64,000 nucleotides of DNA from an uncultured Sphaerobacteraceae bacterium (GCA_964526965.1 CAZGML010000003.1:20775-84774); one strand, 5' to 3'. Counted from the first letter of the stretch, positions 35,984 through 45,730 are shown. Numbers and translations are program-made. Notes: generated from the sequence alone by a model not told the origin.

Positions 35984-36477
35984 TGCCGACGATTCCGGAG
36001 CTCCAACTTCCAACAGGCTTTGATGCGTTCGACTGGTTTATCCTGGTTTTGCGCATCGCGTTTATCGCACTCATCTATCTCTTCCTGTACCAGGTAGGTC
36101 GGGTTGGCGTGCGAGAACTGGTGACGATCGGCAAAATCTCATCCACCATGCCGCAACAGGCGCCAATGCAATCGTTGGCCAAGGGCATGCTGGAAATGAT
36201 CGACAGGGCCGAAAGCAGCTGGCAGAACGGTACACAGTTTCCACTGGATTACTACACCACCATCGGAAGAAATACAGAGAACTCTATTGCGATCAACGAC
36301 GGATTCGTGAGCGGATCGCACGCCGAAATTAGCTTCAACCAGGGTGCGTGGTGGATTATGGACCTTGGCAGTACGAACGGTACCCAGGTGAACGGCCAAC
36401 CGCTGCAAGGCAAGGTACAACTGCACAACGGCGATATCGTCTCCATTGGCAGGGTTCACCTGCGCGCACATGTATAA
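35983..36477 (+). CDS. FhaB/FipA-like membrane-anchored FHA domain protein
   Basis: N-terminal TM (FDWFILVLRIAFIALIYLFLY) and FHA core TTIGRNTENSIAINDGFVSGSHAEISFNQGAWWIMDLGSTNGTQVNG. The GTG overlaps the upstream TAG by 1 nt. Confidence 0.8.
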   Translation: MPTIPELQLPTGFDAFDWFILVLRIAFIALIYLFLYQVGRVGVRELVTIGKISSTMPQQAPMQSLAKGMLEMIDRAESSWQNGTQFPLDYYTTIGRNTENSIAINDGFVSGSHAEISFNQGAWWIMDLGSTNGTQVNGQPLQGKVQLHNGDIVSIGRVHLRAHV

Positions 36478-36490
36478 AGGCACCACCCAG

Positions 36491-37399
36491 ATGACGTTTC
36501 TCCGGGCGATGATGCCCCTGTTCCCAGCTTCTATTACCGAGTCCTCCACGGTCTCTCCGCCGGCAAGGCCCCCTCATCGGCTACCGGGCTCGCTTAGCCT
36601 GGTGTTGCCAGCCTACAACGAGGAGGACAACATCCGGGTTGTGGTGGAACAGGTGCTGGAGGTGCTGCCGCAGTACACCGACACCTTCGAAGTCATTCCC
36701 GTTAACGACGGCTCTGTCGACCGCACCGGTGAGATAGTGGCAGAACTCGCGCGGGAAGATGACCGCGTACGCCCGGTGAGCTATAAGGCCAATAAAGGGT
36801 ACGGCGGGGCCGTAGCCAGCGGGTTCGCAGCCACCCAATACGACTACGTGATGTTTATGGACGCCGATCGGCAGTTCAATATCAACGACATCTCCCTGCT
36901 CGCTCCGTTTGTGGGTCAATTCGATATCGTCGCTGGTTTCCGCATGGAACGCAGCGATTCACTGCACCGACGCATCAACGCCGAGATCTTCAATATTGCC
37001 GTGCGCATCCTTTTTGGAGTGCATCTTCGTGACCTGGACTGCGCATTCAAGATCTTCCGGGGCGATCAGTTGCGATCGCTCGATCTCATCAGTAACGGCG
37101 CGCTCATCAACTGCGAGATGCAGGCGAAGCTCCGTCGCCAGGGTGCCACGTTGGTGCAGGTGGGTGTGCATCACTATCCGCGGGTGGCCGGGAGCTCCAC
37201 CGGCGGCAACCTCAAGGTCATCCTCAAGGCGATGCGCGATATCCTGATCCTCTGGTGGAAGATGCGCGATTACAATCCGGATGTGGCACCAAACCGCACC
37301 CCTCCGGACGATCGCTTCTTCGCGCGACTCAGGCGCATACCGTGGCACCTGAAACGTCGTATTAAACATCGCAACGACAAGACGACGCCGATTACGTAG
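36491..37399 (+). CDS. Family 2 glycosyltransferase, polyprenyl-phosphate sugar synthase-like (DPM1/Ppm1/ArnC type)
   Basis: LSLVLPAYNEEDNI, VIPVNDGSVDRTGEI, ANKGYGGAV and DxD context FMDADRQF. Start uncertain (ATG 36491 chosen; ATG 36470 or the listed 36446 would overlap fhaB). The 3' end overlaps the convergent Nudix gene by 8 nt. Confidence 0.85.
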   Translation: MTFLRAMMPLFPASITESSTVSPPARPPHRLPGSLSLVLPAYNEEDNIRVVVEQVLEVLPQYTDTFEVIPVNDGSVDRTGEIVAELAREDDRVRPVSYKANKGYGGAVASGFAATQYDYVMFMDADRQFNINDISLLAPFVGQFDIVAGFRMERSDSLHRRINAEIFNIAVRILFGVHLRDLDCAFKIFRGDQLRSLDLISNGALINCEMQAKLRRQGATLVQVGVHHYPRVAGSSTGGNLKVILKAMRDILILWWKMRDYNPDVAPNRTPPDDRFFARLRRIPWHLKRRIKHRNDKTTPIT

Positions 37400-38033
37400 T
37401 ACGGCGCTCAATCTCCCCGATAACGTCGACGAAATACGTATCTGCCCCGCGAACCAGCAACTGCTCAACGGTCAGCGTGTGAGGTGACGTTACACCATCT
37501 CCTGCCCTGAGCACAGTGCCTTCAACCAATTCGACTTTGCCGCGGAAGAGCCGGCCAGCATCTGCTACAGATACCTGCACAAGGCCCTCGAGCTCGGCCG
37601 GGTTGGGGGCAAATGCGGTGAGCGGTCGATCATCGCGCACGAGGTAGACCTCCTGCAGTTCCTGATCCAGGATGCCGGGGATCAGGTCGCCGCTACTGCG
37701 TTTGCGCCTGAATACCCATTCGTAGCGGCCTGGATCGATCCGAATGCCGAGCTCCTCTTCCACTTCACGAAAGGCGTCTTCAGGGGTTTCGCCGGAGCCG
37801 AGGTGCCCGCCAACGGTCGCATCGAGCGCGAGCGGCCAGGTGTCCTTGAACTTGCCGCGCTGATTCAACAACAGGTACGGGCCATGTTGTCCGTATCCAT
37901 ACACCCATACGTGTACGGCCCGGTGCCAATCACCATCTTTGTGCACCTGCGCGCGTGGTTTTGTGATACCCGTTGGTTCACCTTCTTCAGTAACCACATC
38001 GAAGAGTTCTGCCGGATCCTGGGCCTGCTTCAT
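37392..38033 (-). CDS. Nudix hydrolase
   Basis: Nudix box GGHLGSGETPEDAFREVEEELGI. 213 aa. Confidence 0.88.
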   Translation of the reverse strand: MKQAQDPAELFDVVTEEGEPTGITKPRAQVHKDGDWHRAVHVWVYGYGQHGPYLLLNQRGKFKDTWPLALDATVGGHLGSGETPEDAFREVEEELGIRIDPGRYEWVFRRKRSSGDLIPGILDQELQEVYLVRDDRPLTAFAPNPAELEGLVQVSVADAGRLFRGKVELVEGTVLRAGDGVTSPHTLTVEQLLVRGADTYFVDVIGEIERRTT

Positions 38034-38056
38034 GGTGGCGCTCCCTGCTTAACGCG

Positions 38057-38084
38057 CACGAGCCGGGCAAATGCCCGGCTCGTG
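38057..38084 (-). terminator. Hairpin after nuoN (end of nuo operon)
   Basis: cacgagccgggc-aaat-gcccggctcgtg: 12-bp perfect stem, 17 nt after the nuoN stop. No T tract on the minus strand, so terminator function is uncertain. Confidence 0.45.
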
Positions 38085-38100
38085 TGATGAGGTTTGTCGA

Positions 38101-39618
38101 TTACTGCCTGAGTGCCGCGGCCGCGGTTCCCCAGCCGTTCGTCCAGTCGTTGGCGAGGTCGATGATCGTGCCGGAGAAGATTCCGAGGACGATAACGCCC
38201 ACCACCATGACCAACAGGCCGGCATTGAGCAGCTTCGATGGTACCGGTTCGGTATTCGGAGTGCGTTCGCGCTCCTGGAAATACATCACCGCTACAACGC
38301 GCAAGTAGAAGTATGCGGAGATGGCGGATGCGACAACGATGCCAATCGCCAGCCAAAGGAGGCGCGCATCCAGCAGCGCCACAATCACATAGTACTTGCC
38401 GTAAAACCCGATTGTTGGCGGGATTCCCATGAGGCTAACCATGAAGACGGTCATGGCAGCAGCTACCAACGGCGATCGCGAGCCAAGGCCGGCCATATCT
38501 TCCAGTTCCATGCCCTCGCCGCGGTGCTGTACCCACGCCACAACACCGAACGCGCCGATGTTCATAAATGCGTATGCCAGCAGGTAGTACATAACCGACG
38601 AGATGCTGGTTTGTTCGGCAACACCATCCACCAACCGGTAGGCTGCCACACCGGCGAGCATGTAGCCGGTATGCGCAATCGACGAGTAGGCCAGCATGCG
38701 CTTCACGTTGCGCTGGGAAATGGCCACGATATTACCGAAGAACATGGTGATGAACGCGAGTACAGCGAGCACAATGCGCCAGTCGTCCACCAGCGGTTCG
38801 AGGCCGTGCGCGAGCATACGAACCAGCGCGGCAAATGCAGCCACCTTCGGTACCACCGACATAAAGCCGGTCACCGGGGTCGGGGCGCCGTCGTAGGCGT
38901 CTGGTGTCCAGAAGTGGAACGGAACGACTGCGAGCTTGAAACCAAAGCCAATGATCAGCAGCAACAGTCCGAGGATCAGGCCGGCATGGGCTCCACTTTC
39001 GCCGCTAACAAGGCTGGCGACGGTGGCAGAGATCTCATCGAAGTTGGTTGATGCGGTCGCACCGTAAATCCAGGCGAATCCGAAGATCATGATCGCCGTG
39101 GCAAACATGCCAAGCAGGGTGTACTTGAGCGCACCTTCAAGGGAGGATGCACGTCGCTTCGCAAAGGCAGTGAGGATATATGTAGCAACGGAGCTCAACT
39201 CGATACCGATGAAGAGCATGATCATGTCGCCGGACGAGGCGGTGAGCATGGCACCGAGGACGGCAAAACTCAGGAGAGTGAAGAACTCACCGGTGGACAT
39301 TTGGCCTTCGAGGTATTCGACGTAGCTGGCCGCGATCATGACACTGAGTATTGCAGCGACGAGAATGACCATGTTGAGGAAAACCGAGAGCCCGTCCAGT
39401 CGGAACTGGTCGTGAAAGGTCGATCCGGTTTCACCTGCCTGCCGCAAAACTGCGACGAGTGCCAGCGCAAAGCCGACCAGCGTCACACCGGAGATCACCG
39501 TGAAATGGCGCTCCTTGGGAAGGAATGCATCCAACAGGGACACACCGAACGCCAGGATCAGCACGATGAGCTGGGGCAGTACCATTCCCCAATCCGGATT
39601 TTCGAGAGTAAATGGCAT
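38101..39618 (-). CDS. nuoN: NADH-quinone oxidoreductase subunit N
   Basis: 505-aa antiporter-like subunit. Last gene of the nuo cluster. Typical blocks GIELSSVATYIL, KLAVVPFHFWTPDAYDGAPTPVT and MLAYSSIAHTGYML. Confidence 0.92.
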   Translation of the reverse strand: MPFTLENPDWGMVLPQLIVLILAFGVSLLDAFLPKERHFTVISGVTLVGFALALVAVLRQAGETGSTFHDQFRLDGLSVFLNMVILVAAILSVMIAASYVEYLEGQMSTGEFFTLLSFAVLGAMLTASSGDMIMLFIGIELSSVATYILTAFAKRRASSLEGALKYTLLGMFATAIMIFGFAWIYGATASTNFDEISATVASLVSGESGAHAGLILGLLLLIIGFGFKLAVVPFHFWTPDAYDGAPTPVTGFMSVVPKVAAFAALVRMLAHGLEPLVDDWRIVLAVLAFITMFFGNIVAISQRNVKRMLAYSSIAHTGYMLAGVAAYRLVDGVAEQTSISSVMYYLLAYAFMNIGAFGVVAWVQHRGEGMELEDMAGLGSRSPLVAAAMTVFMVSLMGIPPTIGFYGKYYVIVALLDARLLWLAIGIVVASAISAYFYLRVVAVMYFQERERTPNTEPVPSKLLNAGLLVMVVGVIVLGIFSGTIIDLANDWTNGWGTAAAALRQ

Positions 39619-39672
39619 GGAGATGACTCCGCATACCGATCCGCATTCGCTGCCGACCGGCGACTACCTTTG

Positions 39673-41382
39673 CTAGCTTCCGATGACGCGCGCTGCGCCT
39701 TCGAGCACGGCAATGAGAGCCGGCTCCATGATTTCAAACAGTGGCTTCGGATACACGCCCACAGCCACGGTCAAGACCGCCAGCGGCACGATACACAGAA
39801 GCTCACGCGGGGTAAGATCAGGCCATTTGGAGCTGTTGATCTGTCCCGGATGCGTTGGGTATCCCTCTGCATCCGCCCTGGTTCCTTCATGTGTTTCGGA
39901 ATGTTCTTCTGCACCAGTTGTATGATCGCCACCGCTCACCGCGAGGTGGGCATCCGGATCGGCATCCTCCTGGGAGAGACCCATCTGCCGCAGTTCTTCG
40001 CGTTCGGCTGCGTTAAGTTCATTGTCCAGCGGATCGGGCGCCTGGCCCCAGGTGCGTCCCCATACCACCCGCTGTGCCATGTAGAGCATGTACCAGGCGG
40101 CGAAGATCACGACCGAGAAGGAGAAGACGGCTGTCCACGGGTTGTACTTGTAGGCACCGAGTGCCACGAGGAACTCGCCCACAAAGCCGGAAAGACCCGG
40201 CAAACCGATACTGGCGAAAGTGAACAGCATGAAGAAGCCGGCCCACTTCCCGATCGGCGTGGCAAGACCACCAAACGCATCGATGAGGCGTGTATGGCCG
40301 CGTTCATAAATAACACCAACCAGCAAGAAGAGCGCGCCGGTGTTGAACCCGTGGGCAAGCATTACCATCATCGCGCCTTCGAGGCCCTGCAGGTTCATGA
40401 CAAAGATACCGAGCGTCACAAAGCCCATATGGCTTACCGATGAGTAGGCAATCAGCTTCTTCAGGTCTGGCTGTACCAGCGCGACAAGTGCGCCGTAGAT
40501 GATTCCGATGATTGAGAGCACGATCAGGATCGGCGCCCAGGCATCGCTGCCCTCCGGCAGGAGTGGCAGGTTGAAGCGGAGCAGGCCGTAGCCGCCCATC
40601 TTCAGCATGATGGCCGCCAGGACGACGGAGCCGGCGGTTGGCGACTCCACGTGCGCATCGGGCAACCAGGTATGGAACGGGAAGAGCGGCACCTTGATTG
40701 CGAAAGCGATAAAGAATGCGCCGAAGGCCCAGAACTGCAGGTTCTCACTAAAGGCGCCAATTACGGCACCATCCTGCAACTCAAGCACGTTGAGGGTGCG
40801 AATTCCGGTTTCCACGTAATACTGGGAGTACAGCGCGATGATACCCACCAGCATGAGCAGTGAGCCAAAGAGCGTGTACAGGAAGAACTTGACGGAGGCG
40901 TAGATGCGGTTCTGTGATCCCCAGATACCGATGAGCAGCGCCATCGGGATGAGCATGACTTCCCAAAAGATGTAGAAGATGAAGAGATCCAGCGCCATGA
41001 AAACGCCGAGCATACCGGTCTGCAACATCAGGATTGCGATGTAGTACTCGCGCTCGCGCTCACGAACGGTGCCCCAGCTCCAGATCACGGAAATCAGGCC
41101 GATGATCGTCGTCAGCACAACCAACAGGAGGCTGATGCCATCGACGCCCATGAAGTAGCTCACTCCCAGGTCCTCGAGCCACACAACGTGCTCGGTGAAC
41201 TGGAAAGTGGCGTCACGCTCAAACTGGAACATCACAACCAGGGACAGCAGCAAGCTGAGCGACGTCGCCACCACTGCGATTTGCTTTGGTAGATCACTAT
41301 TACCGCGAGCCATAAACAGGATCGCGAGCGCACCAAGCACTGGCAAATAGGTGATGATGCTTAGAATCGGAAAGCTGTCCAC
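39673..41382 (-). CDS. nuoM: NADH-quinone oxidoreductase subunit M (with ~75-aa acidic/His-rich insertion before the last helix)
   Basis: FYIFWEVMLIPMALLIGIWGS, KVPLFPFHTWLPDAHVESPTAGSVVLA and LIAYSSVSHMGFV. 569 aa versus roughly 500 typical, with the excess at aa ~443-520. Confidence 0.92.
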   Translation of the reverse strand: MDSFPILSIITYLPVLGALAILFMARGNSDLPKQIAVVATSLSLLLSLVVMFQFERDATFQFTEHVVWLEDLGVSYFMGVDGISLLLVVLTTIIGLISVIWSWGTVREREREYYIAILMLQTGMLGVFMALDLFIFYIFWEVMLIPMALLIGIWGSQNRIYASVKFFLYTLFGSLLMLVGIIALYSQYYVETGIRTLNVLELQDGAVIGAFSENLQFWAFGAFFIAFAIKVPLFPFHTWLPDAHVESPTAGSVVLAAIMLKMGGYGLLRFNLPLLPEGSDAWAPILIVLSIIGIIYGALVALVQPDLKKLIAYSSVSHMGFVTLGIFVMNLQGLEGAMMVMLAHGFNTGALFLLVGVIYERGHTRLIDAFGGLATPIGKWAGFFMLFTFASIGLPGLSGFVGEFLVALGAYKYNPWTAVFSFSVVIFAAWYMLYMAQRVVWGRTWGQAPDPLDNELNAAEREELRQMGLSQEDADPDAHLAVSGGDHTTGAEEHSETHEGTRADAEGYPTHPGQINSSKWPDLTPRELLCIVPLAVLTVAVGVYPKPLFEIMEPALIAVLEGAARVIGS

Positions 41383-41438
41383 ACGCCCCTCCGGGGTTAA
41401 TCAACCGCATACTCTCAGCGCCATTTGCGCTGCCCTGC

Positions 41439-43358
41439 CTAAAACAGGTTACCGAAAGCCACCAGGAATACACCGAGCAAAACCACCATGCCTATGGCGA
41501 TCTGAAGGGCATAGTTACCTACCAGGCCCGTTTGCAACCGGCGTAGCCGCTGGCTGGATGCTGCAAGTCCGTATCCGACACCGTTGACGGTGCCGTCGAT
41601 AATTCGCACGTCCACGACCTTCCACAGGAACATCGCAATGTCCTTGAAGGGGTTCACGACGGCTGCCATGAAGAACTCATCGACATACCACTTGTTCAAC
41701 AGGTAGTTGTAAACACCGTTGAACTTCGCCGCCATTTCGGTGGCGCTAATGGTTTTGCGCATGTACGTGAGGTACGCAACCACGATACCGCCAACAGCGA
41801 CCACGGTGCTGAGAATAGCAAAGGTCCAGAGCGTGGCCGAGCTTGGATGGTGGATATAGGCATGATCGAATGTTTTCAGCAGGAAGTGGTGAATAGCGCC
41901 ATCCTCGGGCGGGAAGCCGACGAAACCAACGAAAACCGATGCAACCGCCAGGATCACCAGAGGTACGGCCATCCAGGCTCCGCTCTCGTGCGGGTGTACA
42001 TCCCTGGCGAACCGCTCTTCTCCAAAGAAGACGCGGAACACGAGCCGGAACATGTATAGCGATGTCAGGAATGCGGATACCAGACCGAGAATCGCGACGA
42101 TTTGGCCAATGCTGGAATCGCTGATCCAGGCGCCAACGATGATTTCATCTTTCGACCAGAAACCGGCCAGCGGGACAATACCTGCGTTTGCAGCGGCACC
42201 GATGAGGAAAGTCCAAAAGGTAACGGGCATATGCTTGCGCAGGCCACCCATTTTGCGCATGTCCTGCTCGCCACCCATGCCATGGATCACGGAACCAGCG
42301 CCCAGGAAGAGCAGACCTTTGAAGAAGGCATGCGTCATCAGATGGAAGATCGCGGCGATCCAGACCCCGGTACCTAGCGCGAAGGCCATAAAGCCAAGCT
42401 GTGAGACGGTGGAGTACGCGACAACTTTCTTAATATCGTGTTGCGTGAGCGCGATGCTGGCGCCCATGAATGCGGTAATCGAACCGATAATCGCCACAAA
42501 CAACATGGCGGTTTCGGAACCCATAAAAATCGTGTAGCTGCGGGCCACCAGGTAAATACCGGCGGTCACCATTGTTGCGGCGTGAATAAGTGCCGAAACA
42601 GGGGTCGGGCCTTCCATTGCGTCCGGAAGCCAGACGTGGAGCGGGAACTGGGCAGACTTACCGCAGGCACCGAGGAAGAGCAGAACACCGATGGCGGTCA
42701 TGACGCCGCCGCTAATTCCGAACTCCGAGTAGTTGAGCGCCATCTGGATAATACCGTCGTCGCCATGCAGGTAGATGGTGCCGAACTCCCAGAAGGTCAT
42801 CATGATGCCGACACCGAAGGCCAGGTCGCCAACGCGGTTGACGATGAAGGCTTTCTTTGCGGCGTTGTTCGCAGAGCGTCGGACGAAGTAGTAGCCAATG
42901 AGGAAGTAGGAGCAGAGACCAACCGCTTCCCAGAAGATGAAGAGGGTCAGCAGGTTGTCGGCCATTACCAGCATCAACATCGAGAAGATGAAGAGCGGAA
43001 TGTAGCTGTAGAAGCGGTAGTAGCCACCCTCGCCGTGCATATACCCGGCGGAGTAGATGCAGACCAGCAAGCCGATACTGGTAACCACAAGCAACATCAC
43101 GGCGGTGAGCTGGTCGGCATAAAGGCTCATGGTGATATCGAAGTCACCTGCAGGAATCCAGGTAAAGAGTCGCTGACTCAGGGGTTCTTCGTTCGTATAA
43201 ATATCCCGGAACGTAAGGATGGAGAGGATCCACGAACCCAACGCCGCAGGTATGGCGATCCAGTGAGCATTTCCGCGTATTACGGAACGCCCCCAGAAAA
43301 TGTTGATCACAAATGCCACCAACGGTAGCAATGGAATCAGATAGAGCAGATCAGCCAT
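41439..43358 (-). CDS. nuoL: NADH-quinone oxidoreductase subunit L
   Basis: 639 aa. FIFWEAVGLCSYFLIGYYF, KSAQFPLHVWLPDAMEGPTPVSALIHAATMV, and a C-terminal extension consistent with the lateral helix. Confidence 0.93.
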   Translation of the reverse strand: MADLLYLIPLLPLVAFVINIFWGRSVIRGNAHWIAIPAALGSWILSILTFRDIYTNEEPLSQRLFTWIPAGDFDITMSLYADQLTAVMLLVVTSIGLLVCIYSAGYMHGEGGYYRFYSYIPLFIFSMLMLVMADNLLTLFIFWEAVGLCSYFLIGYYFVRRSANNAAKKAFIVNRVGDLAFGVGIMMTFWEFGTIYLHGDDGIIQMALNYSEFGISGGVMTAIGVLLFLGACGKSAQFPLHVWLPDAMEGPTPVSALIHAATMVTAGIYLVARSYTIFMGSETAMLFVAIIGSITAFMGASIALTQHDIKKVVAYSTVSQLGFMAFALGTGVWIAAIFHLMTHAFFKGLLFLGAGSVIHGMGGEQDMRKMGGLRKHMPVTFWTFLIGAAANAGIVPLAGFWSKDEIIVGAWISDSSIGQIVAILGLVSAFLTSLYMFRLVFRVFFGEERFARDVHPHESGAWMAVPLVILAVASVFVGFVGFPPEDGAIHHFLLKTFDHAYIHHPSSATLWTFAILSTVVAVGGIVVAYLTYMRKTISATEMAAKFNGVYNYLLNKWYVDEFFMAAVVNPFKDIAMFLWKVVDVRIIDGTVNGVGYGLAASSQRLRRLQTGLVGNYALQIAIGMVVLLGVFLVAFGNLF

Positions 43359-43463
43359 GTAAATCCTCTGCCTGTACTCGGCTGCGCGAACGGACTGTTG
43401 CGCACAACCGACGCCTCGTAATCACCCCAGGCGATGTTCGGTACACCGCCAGAAACCATTGTG

Positions 43464-43769
43464 TTAGTTCCGCAGCGACTGCATCTGCTCCGCATCCGGC
43501 GCCTTGCCATGGCGAGAGAGAGCGACAATGATCGCCATTGCCACGGCACTCTCTGCGGCAGCTACTGCCAATGCGAAGAGGAAGAATACTTGTCCGTTGA
43601 TCGTGGCGGTTTCATGAGCAAACGCCAGGAACGTGATACCCGCCGCAGCCACCATCATTTCTACACACATGAGAATGATGAGAATGTTGCGCCGGGTCAG
43701 CACGCCCATCATTCCGATGATGAACAGTGCTGCACTCACAAACAGAAAGTGATTCGTTGTCAGTTCCAT
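43464..43769 (-). CDS. nuoK: NADH-quinone oxidoreductase subunit K
   Basis: 101 aa, three helices. LFIIGMMGVLTRRNILIILMCVEMM...AAAESAVAMAIIV. Confidence 0.9.
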   Translation of the reverse strand: MELTTNHFLFVSAALFIIGMMGVLTRRNILIILMCVEMMVAAAGITFLAFAHETATINGQVFFLFALAVAAAESAVAMAIIVALSRHGKAPDAEQMQSLRN

Positions 43770-43794
43770 TCAAACGTCCCCAATCCCCAGCGAA

Positions 43795-44505
43795 CTACTT
43801 CGATGTATCGCCCGGATTCTTGTACTCGTCTGCGTCTCGTGTCATCACGATCTTGCGTTCACCTTCCGGCGCAACGTAACGCTCGGCTGGAATATCAATT
43901 GGCGATTCGAACTTGTGACCCGGAGCAAGCATATCGGTTGAACCACGGGGGTGTCCGAGGCTGGTGGTGGCCACCGATAGTGGGCCTCTGCGATCCGGCA
44001 GGGCAAGGACGACTGCGCCGATAACGCCGACGCCAAGTAGAACGGATGCGATTTCGAGCGGAAGCGCATATTGGCCCAGCAATACCTGGCCGACCGCCTG
44101 GATGTTGCCGCCCATGCTTTCGACCATCTCGTTGGTGTGCGGACCGATGAGCTCCAGGGCCTCCCGGGCCACGATCACCACGCCTACCTCAGCCAGCAGG
44201 ATAATGCCAACAATGGCGCTGATATTGCGCTGCAGTGGTGCCCCGAGATAGAAGGAAGGCAGCTTGTTCGGGTCGACCAGCATGATGGTGAGCAGAATCA
44301 GCACCAGTACCGCACCGGTGTAGATGATGACCTGCAAAATGGCCAGGAATTCAGCTGCAAGCATCACGAAGAGTGCGGCGACATTGATGAACGTGCCCAC
44401 AAGCGCAACGGCTGAGTGAACCGGGTTCTCGAACGCCACGACACCAATCGCGGAAATGAGCATGACTGCGGAAAATACTGCAAAGAAGACGAGTTCCCAG
44501 GACAT
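43795..44505 (-). CDS. nuoJ: NADH-quinone oxidoreductase subunit J (with ~68-aa hydrophilic C-terminal extension)
   Basis: Start at ATG 44505, preceded by AGGAGG (MSWELVFFAVFSAVMLISAIGVVAFENPVHSAVALV...). The listed start 44571 would overlap nuoH. C-terminal tail PDRRGPLSV...DEYKNPGDTSK. Similar extensions occur in actinobacterial NuoJ (from memory). Confidence 0.9.
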   Translation of the reverse strand: MSWELVFFAVFSAVMLISAIGVVAFENPVHSAVALVGTFINVAALFVMLAAEFLAILQVIIYTGAVLVLILLTIMLVDPNKLPSFYLGAPLQRNISAIVGIILLAEVGVVIVAREALELIGPHTNEMVESMGGNIQAVGQVLLGQYALPLEIASVLLGVGVIGAVVLALPDRRGPLSVATTSLGHPRGSTDMLAPGHKFESPIDIPAERYVAPEGERKIVMTRDADEYKNPGDTSK

Positions 44506-44545
44506 TAACAGGCGCCTCCTGTTGTTGACATCGCGTACATCTTCA

Positions 44546-45589
44546 TCAGAACACCTGCCCATTGCCGACAAGGCGGAAGAATGCGGTCAGCAAGATATTA
44601 ACAATCGCCAGCGGCAGCAGGACCTTCCAGGCCATGCCCATAAGCTGGTCGAAGCGGAACCGGGGCAGTGTCGCACGGATCCAGATGAAGAAGAACATAA
44701 TCGCAATCGTCTTCAATACCAGCCACATGATGCCGAGCCCCCAGAACTCCTGGGCGCCGGGTCCGCTGGTACCACCAAGGAAGAGCGTGGATGCGAAGAG
44801 GCTCATAACGATGATGCTGATGTACTCACCGAGGAAGTACAGGGCAAAGCGCATGGCTGAGTACTCGACCATGAAACCGGCCACGAGCTCGGATTCGGCC
44901 TCCGGAAGGTCGAACGGTACGCGGTTTGTCTCCGCCACGGCGGCGATCATAAAGAGGATGAACGCAAGCGGCTGGCTCAGGATGAACCAGTTACTGATTT
45001 CCAGGGGGCCGAGGCTAAACGTCTCGTGCTGCTGGAACATGATCTCATTGAGGCTGAGCGTTCCACTAATTATGAAGATACCCACCAGCGAGAAGCCGAG
45101 GATAAGTTCGTAGGAGATTACCTGCGCTGCGGAGCGAATAGCACCGATGCGGGCGAATCGGTTTCCGGACGACCATCCACCAAGGATGATGCCGTAGACG
45201 CCGATAGCGCCGGCTGCCAGTACGAAGAGGGCACCAACGTTAAGGTCTGCAGGATAGAGGTTGACGCTTGTGCCGAAGATCTCGACCGTGCCACCCCAGG
45301 GGATGACTGCTGCCGAGGTAATGGCACTCACAAAGGTAATGACTGGTGCCACCAGAAAGAGCTTACGATCAGCAGCTGCGGGTACAAGGTCTTCCTTACC
45401 CATCAGCTTCACTGCGTCTGCCAGCGGCTGCAGCAATCCGGCCGGGCCGGTTCGCGTTGGGCCAAGGCGGTCCTGGAAGCGCGCAAGGACCTTGCGCTCG
45501 TACCAGGTGGTGTATGCCATGCTGGTCAGCAGCACAATCATGATGACAAAGGTCACGATAAACGTGATCCAGATTGGTTGGTCACCCAT
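44546..45589 (-). CDS. nuoH: NADH-quinone oxidoreductase subunit H
   Basis: WYERKVLARFQDRLGPTRTGPAGLLQPLADAVKL and PFDLPEAESELVAGFMVEYS. Start at ATG 45589 (MGDQPIW...). Confidence 0.93.
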   Translation of the reverse strand: MGDQPIWITFIVTFVIMIVLLTSMAYTTWYERKVLARFQDRLGPTRTGPAGLLQPLADAVKLMGKEDLVPAAADRKLFLVAPVITFVSAITSAAVIPWGGTVEIFGTSVNLYPADLNVGALFVLAAGAIGVYGIILGGWSSGNRFARIGAIRSAAQVISYELILGFSLVGIFIISGTLSLNEIMFQQHETFSLGPLEISNWFILSQPLAFILFMIAAVAETNRVPFDLPEAESELVAGFMVEYSAMRFALYFLGEYISIIVMSLFASTLFLGGTSGPGAQEFWGLGIMWLVLKTIAIMFFFIWIRATLPRFRFDQLMGMAWKVLLPLAIVNILLTAFFRLVGNGQVF

Positions 45590-45730
45590 GTTCCGGTTTC
45601 TGCCTCGTGGTGACAATGGTTGCCCACTGACACCCTTCTCTCCGTCCACCCACGCGTGCGGGCATTACCCGCATCAATGGTACTTCGCTCTCCGTTTCAG
45701 TTCAGGTGCGCATTTCCGGCACCTGCCACC

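Noticed and set aside
45590-45730. Hidden nuoI in the nuoD-nuoH gap
   Set aside because: The gap is only 141 nt, and no open frame with ferredoxin-type CxxCxxCxxxCP motifs exists there or elsewhere in 38..49 kb.
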